Shown: in pieces, positions 48,519 to 56,600 of the stretch | How the letters are laid out: each line of letters opens with the position of its first letter | Numbering within the stretch: the stretch's first letter is position 1 | Source of the DNA: an archaeon | Lineage (GTDB): Archaea; Nanobdellota; Nanobdellia; Woesearchaeales; UBA9642 | Reading direction: 5' to 3' | Assembly (NCBI GenBank): GCA_043806035.1 | Contig: JAZDHK010000020.1 | Location: forward strand, 1-59,420 | DNA length: 59,420 bases | Made by a program: the position numbers and the translations under genes | Notes under the pieces: generated by a model | Told to the model about the DNA's origin: nothing | The model's input: the letters and a program-made list of their open reading frames with translations, nothing else | Database searches by the model: none

Positions 48519-49286
48519 TTAACCCAGCAGTTCTACCCAGAAGTAATACGTGGTTGTTGTCTGGGATGCCGTGAGGTTGTGGCCGTCTTCTCCGACGAAC
48601 ATCTGGAAGTCGCATGCTTGTCCGTTGTAGCACACTTCATCCGTGTCGTTCTCGTATCTCCTGTTCTCGATGATGGAGGTGAAGACCAATGCTTCGTTGT
48701 CTGTCAGGAGCACGTTGATGAAGTTGTTTGCCTGGTAGGCACTGCTCTGATACACATAGGTTGCAGGACAGGTTGCTGCTGTTATTTCCACATCTCCTAC
48801 CCAGAATGTCTCTGGATTGGTGACGTTGAAGGTTTCGTTGATGCCGTCTGCTGCACTGTCCATGATGTTGTACCTGCCTTCTTCAGAAGTGACATTGATT
48901 TCAGAGTCACTGCTGTAGTTGAAGCAGTGGATGTTCGTCCAGTTTACCGTATCATTGACCGTTGCGTACACTTCACCCTTCGGTTCGAGTGAGGTCCAGT
49001 TATAGAATGTGTAGCCAGCAGCATCTTCCAACACGATCGTGCCTGTGATGTTTCCCCAGTAGCCTTGCCAGCTCATGGTCTGGGTTTCAGCATCAATGGT
49101 GAGCCAGGTGATGTTTCCTGCTTCTGCTGTCGTGTTGAGTTGGGGATAATTTGAGACATTGAATCTCGACGAATCTCCGTGCGTCAATGTGGTTGGGGTC
49201 ACGGGTACTGTTGATTCTGCTATGACTGATCCTATTGCACCCAGCACCACGGCGGCAACCAGGAACAGTTTCCACGTATTGTTCAT
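48519..49286 (-). CDS. Family B secreted subunit-like protein
   Basis: Start MNNTWK with GAGGTG RBS; AGNIT, WQGYWGNITG, YYFWVELLG. Confidence 0.85.
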   Translation of the reverse strand: MNNTWKLFLVAAVVLGAIGSVIAESTVPVTPTTLTHGDSSRFNVSNYPQLNTTAEAGNITWLTIDAETQTMSWQGYWGNITGTIVLEDAAGYTFYNWTSLEPKGEVYATVNDTVNWTNIHCFNYSSDSEINVTSEEGRYNIMDSAADGINETFNVTNPETFWVGDVEITAATCPATYVYQSSAYQANNFINVLLTDNEALVFTSIIENRRYENDTDEVCYNGQACDFQMFVGEDGHNLTASQTTTTYYFWVELLG

Positions 49287-49378
49287 GTCATTCACCTCTT
49301 CCTCGACGGACACTGTGCGTTTGAGCTTGCATCCTTTTTCTTCCTCATAATAAAACAAGGAACGTTTATGTAAATTAA

Positions 49379-49413
49379 TATACAAATGTGTATACTTATA
49401 TATAAATGTTTCG
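49379..49413 (-). promoter_or_regulatory. BRE-TATA plus putative operator
   Basis: Minus-strand CGAAACATTTATATA (49413-49399); plus-strand TATACAaatgTGTATA (49379-49394). Confidence 0.7.
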
Positions 49414-49592
49414 TTTAACCAGACCGGAATAGGAAATGGGCTTTTGGAAGCCAATAAAGAACTAAAATGCGGCAGAAAAACACAAATAAAAAGGGAAAAG
49501 AAACAAAAGAAGAAAGAATAAGTCAAGAAATAATAAACAAACTACATTATGAGAACAAAGGTGCAATAAACTCCATAATTGGCTTTAAAAAT

Positions 49593-50549
49593 TTAAACAA
49601 CGGTCATCAGTAAATCCTTTAATTCAGACCGGGTCGGACACTTCCTGATCCTTTCAGCAAAGACCGACTCCATGAACACTTCCCGCACCCAGTTGGCAAA
49701 GTCATTCCTGTCAGGAGTGACGTGATGGAAGAAGGTGGCGTCAGGCATGCTGTCAAGCGCATCCTTCAATTCCTTCATGCTTTGGAAGACTAGACCGTTG
49801 ACGCATCTGAACTCTCTGCCTGATGGACATGCCTTGCTCAACGTCCGGTGGCTTCGCAGATGATCAAGGAACAATTTCAGCTCTTGACTCTTCCGCTCAA
49901 TATCTCGCTCTTTCTCGACGCAAAACTGCTCCATTTTTTCTAAGGAATCTTTCGTCTTTCTCCATGCAGCCTCGAGTTCCTTGAGTTCTGCCATGGTTCT
50001 ATCCACACTTTCCTGCAACGGATGCTCATCCTTAGAATAGCGCTTGGCAAGAACGTCATGCATGTGCTTCACGTGCTCCTCTTGAACACAGTCAGCAACA
50101 TGCGGTTGCATCGCAAAAGGTGCTTGTTGTTGAACTTGCTGCGGAACTAGTTGTTGATAAGGATAGGCGTTGAATTGCGGCAGATGTACAGGATAGGGAA
50201 TGAATGTTGGCTGTTGATACATTGGTGGAGGGTATGCAGGGTAAGGATACGGATAGTGTTGTACGGGCGCTTGCAGTAAAGGTGCTGGAGGTGCCTGTTG
50301 CACGGGAGGAACAGGTGGAGCAGCGATTGGTGCAGGTGCTTGCAGAATTGTTTTTTCTTGGACGAACGCCTGCGGCTGCGCAGTAGGCTCCTTATATGGT
50401 GTCTGAACATATTCTTTCTTAATCGAAGTATCAATGAGCGCTGCCGCTTTCTCTTCCGTTTCTTTCTTCTCAAGAATATCTCTTGCCAATTCAGGAAGGC
50501 TCGCAGGAGCATCAAACTCCTTATCTTTCCTGAACAGTGCAAATCCCAA
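49593..50549 (-). CDS. Pro/Gln/Tyr-rich protein with coiled coil and DUF5752-like C-terminus
   Basis: Low-complexity PQY region; FFHHVTPDRNDFANWVREVF. Confidence 0.7.
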   Translation of the reverse strand: MGFALFRKDKEFDAPASLPELARDILEKKETEEKAAALIDTSIKKEYVQTPYKEPTAQPQAFVQEKTILQAPAPIAAPPVPPVQQAPPAPLLQAPVQHYPYPYPAYPPPMYQQPTFIPYPVHLPQFNAYPYQQLVPQQVQQQAPFAMQPHVADCVQEEHVKHMHDVLAKRYSKDEHPLQESVDRTMAELKELEAAWRKTKDSLEKMEQFCVEKERDIERKSQELKLFLDHLRSHRTLSKACPSGREFRCVNGLVFQSMKELKDALDSMPDATFFHHVTPDRNDFANWVREVFMESVFAERIRKCPTRSELKDLLMTVV

Positions 50550-50653
50550 CTACTCACCCCTTTTTTGCTACTCTAGCCGTTGCTATTTTAAATACTTTTC
50601 CAACACGGCAATATATTATTCCACAGTATTCTTCCATACGGCAGTATACGCAC

Positions 50654-53600
50654 TCATACGATCTCATAATATATGTCTACGGTTGTTTTGGTTATGTTCT
50701 TGTAGCTCCGCAGCAGGACAGGTATGCTTATTTCGAAGCTGTAGTTGCCGTACTTTCCTGGCTTGACTCCTTCTGCGGTCGTCACGAAGATGAGATCCTG
50801 CGACCCATTATATTGGGTGTTGCCATCCCCTTCATCCCACAAAATGCCCGTTTCAAAATCTGAGCTGTTCGTGCTGTTCCGTACAGGAATGGAGAAGATG
50901 GTTGTGTCAAAGCTTGTGATGTTCATGATTGCATGTGGCAGCCCGTTCTGCGTGAATGATGTGTTGATGCTGTCGAGGAACCCTGTCATGTTCAGGGCAG
51001 CGTCTGCTTCCTCGAAATCATCGGCGACGTATGCATCGCTTGTCGTTCGAGACAGGGCGCGCAATGACGTCCAGGTAATATTTGCATCGCTCTCAGTTAC
51101 GTATATATTGGAGGGCTTGTCGCTGGCATTCCACAAGAGCATGCTCTCTGCCCCTTTCACCACTATGCTCGTGTTTAATCCACCATAATAGATGTGCCAA
51201 GCGTCGATGTCGATACGTGCAAACGCTGCGTTGTTGCTCTCGTTGTTCTCGAGGAATGATCCGTTCTGGTCGACAGGGGGGTCGACGTGGACGTGGATGA
51301 AGAAGGGCCCTGGTCCGGGAACTTGCCAAACGGTGACAGCCGTCACATTCGATAGGTTGCCGCTCACGTCAGTGATATTTAAGTCAGTGATATTGTCAAT
51401 CAGCACACCTCCTGCTGCAGGGTCTCCTTGATAGACGTGCACGCTAACATTCTCGGCATCAGATCCTCCTCGGTTGAAGATGTTGGCGAAAATGGTAATG
51501 TTTTGCCCTTCAGCAGGAGAAGTGTTGCTGAACGTGATGTTGCCTGGCGTGATGACGAAGTCAGGAGGGATGATAGTAATATTCCATGTTTCTGATGCAC
51601 CTACATTCCCAAACGTGTCGGTGCAGTTCACGCTCCAATTGTGCGTGCCCCCGATGGGAATGCGCGGATAGAAATTACTTACTTGCCCCTCGATGATGGG
51701 GGGATAGGAGTTTGCTTCGATGTTTCCATCGACGACAAGTGAGCAGTTTGCTATGTCGCTCAAAGAATCGTTGACTTTGTAAGAGAAGGTGACTGAACTG
51801 TTGCTCTCGCTGCCGCTCGACGGATCGTTCAGCGTCACGTTCGGCGGGGTTTGGTCAGCGATGAGGGTGAATGTGCTCGCCCCTTGTACAGGATAATGGC
51901 TGGGTCGTGTTGCAAGAGAAACGGCGCTGAAGAGTCCTGAGCTTAAGAGTGTTGGTGTCCAATTCCAGTCAAGCAGCCCATCACTGCCTGTCTCTTGTGT
52001 CGAGGAGCGATTGATGAATTCCTCGACGCTTGCAGTCGTGCTCGTGATGTCCGGATCGTATCGCTTGTAGCCGGTGATGTTGATGGCGTCCCACGCAAAG
52101 TAGTCATTATTGGCGTGAGCTCGTACATTTGCAGAAGTGAATCTGAACGTGAGTGCACTGTCGCAGTTGATGCCACTAATCTCACACACGTTGGACTCGA
52201 CAAATTCTGCCGAGGCGGACATGGCAGTTCTTACACCTGCCTCACAGCCTTCTAAATCCATGCAGTCAGAGATGAGCACCAATCCACTGTCGCTGTCGTT
52301 GACGAAGACGGCACTTCCTTCCGCAGGAGTAGTCGTATCGAGAGAAAATCCTGCCTGCCAGTAGGAGATGTTGATGTCCTGGCATGCTTGTCCTCCACAG
52401 GCAGTTGCGTTTGCATCATAGTAGAGGCCATCAGCATTGTCCGTGTTCCTGTCCAGGCCTCCTCTGGCCTCGAAGCCTCGCACGCCCGATTTTGCGATGT
52501 CGTTCGTAGAGCATATACCATATGCTGTGCTCGCCTCTGACTCGACACAGTCAGTAAAGTCTCCCCACGGGCTGCTGTCACCGCATTCTCTTGTGCCATC
52601 AACAGGGCATGCTCCTGCAGTGTAGAGGAAGTCGCTGCCCGCCTCGAAGTCCTCCCAGACAAGCTGATATCCCTGAATAGGCAGTGTATAGGAAGGGCTT
52701 CCCGCTGCCGAATTATCATAGTATACGTAGTAGTTGTGCTCGTTGCTCGCGCTTGCAGTGACGTTCGCCGTAAAGCGTATGCTACACCACGTGCTGCCAT
52801 CTCCATCCTCAATCACGAAAGGAACTTCATCAAGATCAATAGAGACTATCCTGAGTTCGTCGCAGCTGCTGATGTTGCCTGCAAGCTCGGTGATGTTCAT
52901 ATAGACGGTTGTGTCCGTTTTGTTTGCCGATTGGCTATTTGTTAGAAGTATGGGCTTGCGTCTTGCCCAGCTCAGATTCCACCAGAATCCTGACGCGTTT
53001 CCTTTGATGATGTCTGTCGTGACATTCGTATCAAGGGGATTGCCGTAGAAGCTAGTCGTGTTTGACGTTACCAGGATGGGTTCGGCTAGCTGGTCGCCAA
53101 CTTCATATGTCGGCTTGTCCGTTTTCACGGAAATGTTCGTTATGTTCTTTATATCGATGGTGAAATTTCTCTGATTGCTTTGCCCTTCGAAAGATAGTAC
53201 ATCAGTGCAGTTCACGCTCCAATTGTACAGACCATTCGACAATCCAAGAAGTGCAAAGCTCATCGTCGTGTCCCGCACAACAGAGGTATTCGTCTGGTTC
53301 AGGGCATAGTTGATGATAAGCGAGCAGTTCTGCAGCAAACTGGCATCTTGTACAACGTATTGGAAGAGGACATCCCCTGAACCAAATGTTGTAGAGGGTG
53401 CTGGCGAGAGCAGCGTGATGTTCGGCGGGTTATTGTCTATGGTTATGTTCTCGTGACTGTCGTAGCCGCCGAGGTTGCCTAAGGTGTCGTTCGCCTGCAC
53501 ACGAACCTCGTATGCGTTGCCGTCAGGAAGCCCAATGATTGGCCAGGAGCAGTTCTGCGTCGCATTGCATGCGTTTATCCATGCGGCACTGGCATTCTCG

Positions 53601-56600
53601 CGATACTCGTAACTGTACATGTCAATGCTGCCTATCCCTTCATCGGTGGCTGATGCGTTGAGCATGGTTTCAGAACCCGTGATGTTCGCGAATGCAAGCG
53701 GGAGGAGGAGCGTCGCGTTCGGACCAGTACTGTCGATGACGAACGTTCTCGTTGCAGAGCTGTTCTCATTGCCCAAAACATCTGCACAGTGAACAGTCCA
53801 AGAATAATTTCCATCTGCCATCTCGTCCACGGTGAAATTGTTTGGCTGCAAGGGGATGATGGAGCTGTTCGTCTGGTTAACTGATCCATTGATGAGCAGA
53901 GAGCAGTTCTGGATGCTGCTGAGCGCGTCGGTGACGTTGTAGACAAAGGTCATGTTTGGGTTTACTGTGAACAGACTGTCGGACGGCAGCATGAGTTGTA
54001 TCTGCGGTGGAGTTCTGTCGAGGGTGATGTTCGTGTGCACGTCAGCTGTTCCCGTATTGTTGAGTGTGTCGTTCGCAAACACGCGCACTTCATACGTGTC
54101 AGCGTCGGGAAGTGCACTCACATTCCAAGAACAGTCATAAAGTGGCGTATCGTCCGTGCAGATGCTCGTCCAGCTGCTTGAATCATTTTGGCGGTATTCG
54201 AACCAGATCATGTCGATAAGGCCTATACCTGCATCGCTTGCAGATGCATTCACTTGAAGATCGTTTGCCGAGCTATTGGTGAAAGACAAGGGAAGATCGA
54301 GCATGACAGTAGGCCCGGCATTGTCTATGCCCACAAGTACCCACGTGCTGTCTGACAGGCCAAGGTCATCGGTTACGGTGAGTCGCATATAGCATGAGAG
54401 ACTGTTGTTCTGGCATTGGTCCTGCAATGTCGTATTCCATGTACACGTGTCGCTCGAGCAGATTGTCGTCGGGCTCGAGAATGCTGTGGTGTTGTCGAGC
54501 TCCCACGCATATGCAATGAGGGAGCCGTCACTGTCCGCGCTTGCTGAGGCATTAAGCGTGGTGTTGCTGAATAGCCAGGACGTGTTTTCCGGCAACGTGA
54601 TGATTGCGTATGGAGCGTCGTTGACGCTGACATTCTGACTTGAAGAAAAGACGGTTGCGCTGTTACTTCCTCTTGCCTTGCAGCGTACAGGCCACGTGTG
54701 GTTTCCTTCTCCTGCAGTAATGGAAAAGTTGGCAGTACATGTGCTGTTGTCCTCCTGCTGCACGGATTGGTTCTGTTCCGCTTCTATGCTCACTGTCGGA
54801 GGATTCTGGCTGAGCAGGCTCACCTTAATGTCGTCCCAGTACGCGTACTGGTAGGCGGCGACACCATATCCTCCAGTTGTGTACGTCGTGTCTGTCGCAC
54901 TCAGATTGCCCCAAGATGCAAGCGAGGCATCAAAGACCTGCAAAGTGATGGTGCCATTGCTATGCCACCACACCTTGAGGTAGTACCAGTTATTTGCCGC
55001 AACGCTATTTTCTGTCGAGGTCGCCAATGGACTGCCACTGTCATAGTCCTTGCGGATCTGCATGGGTGAGGATCCGCCCGTGCTCGATCGCTGATCAACT
55101 AGAACTTGGTAGCCGCATCGCTCAGGATTGGCGCAGCCGCTGTTCGCGCCGAAGGTCAATGCAGCGAGAGAAGTTGTGGAACTGGTACGGGGCATAACCC
55201 ATCCTTCGATGAGGAAACCACTATCCAACGTTGTGCTGGTGACCGCGCGGTAGTAGCTAGCACCCCCATACCCGTCAAGACCGTAGCTACCGCCATGGGC
55301 ACTTGCTCCATTAACCGTTGGATTGAGACTACCTTGCGAGAAGTCATGGGCCTGATCTTCGAAATCCTCAAAAAGATAGTAGATAGCACTCAAGTTCTGT
55401 GGCGGCGTGCCTGATGATACATTGCCGTAATACAGGGCATATGCCGTGCTTGATTCGGGAATGTCGTCTTGCAGCTTGAAGGCAATGCTGGTAGTGCTAG
55501 TATTGCAAGCGCTTACATTGATTCGGTCAAGCTCAATGTTGGAGCCACCATTCCAATAGACCACACGCAGGTCGTCGCAGTCCGCCTGCAACTTGTCCTG
55601 GCTCACTAAGGACTCCGTATCAACAGAAATGTTGAGCGTGTACCCTGCAGGCAGGTCCTGCCCCTCGTTGTTCGTGATATTTATGGTCTGACGGTAGGGA
55701 TAACTGGCATTCCACCACGTCGATGCTTGAGACGTGAGGTTACCGCAGGCATAGCTGGAGATGTTGCTGACAAGATCGGTAGTTGAAGGAGTGATGTCCG
55801 TAAACGTGCCGGTGTCGTACTGTGCAAAGAGCGTGGTGTTCTTGCACTCCCCTCCTGTGCTCAGGCAGGTAACCATACAGGTCTGTACATAAGTTCCTGT
55901 CGTTTCGTTGATAGTGATAGTATCAACAGGTGCAATCATGGTCGTATTTAATTCTCCTCCCGCAGAGACCGTGAACGTCAAACCGACGGCAAGGATATTG
56001 ATGTTACCTGCGTTGTCGATGGCGATGGCTTTCGTCCAATTGTACGTGCCGGAGAAGATGAGCAGGTAGTTTGTGCTGAAGATGCCGTCTCCGTTGGTTG
56101 TATCACAACCTGTCGTTTCATTGTCGAGAAAGGTGATGTTTATGGCCTGCTGTCCTGGTCGCTTAATAGTGGCGAGGATAGAGGAGATGCCGGAACTGCT
56201 CGACTCATCAGTCAAGCCGACATTCTGTTCTGCCCCCACAAATATTGTCGGCTCGCTTCCCGCCAATTTTTTGACGATGACGTTATCGAAGAGCAATGGA
56301 TTGCTATAGGATAGCAGACCTAGACCTCCTCCACTCTGCCAATACGCAGGACCCGTGTTCGAAATATACCTGATGCCATCACGAGACATGTTGATGGTAT
56401 CTCCTAACGCACGTATTTCAAAGTCGTACCACGTATCCGTATTAAATGCGGTGTTATCACTATCAATTTGTGCATATCCTCCATCCCAGCGTCGATAGCC
56501 AACTGTGTTTGTCCCTGTGCGCAGGTCGCCGATGAGTGCGAGGTGCTGGTCCTGGCTCGTCCCTTGCCGTCTGAACAACGTGCCGCCGAAGGGTATGCCT

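Noticed and set aside
48439-48633. Extended 5' ends of ORF-track calls (also 32110, 49526, 27976, 6185)
   Set aside because: Internal ATGs give better signal peptides or RBS and avoid long overlaps
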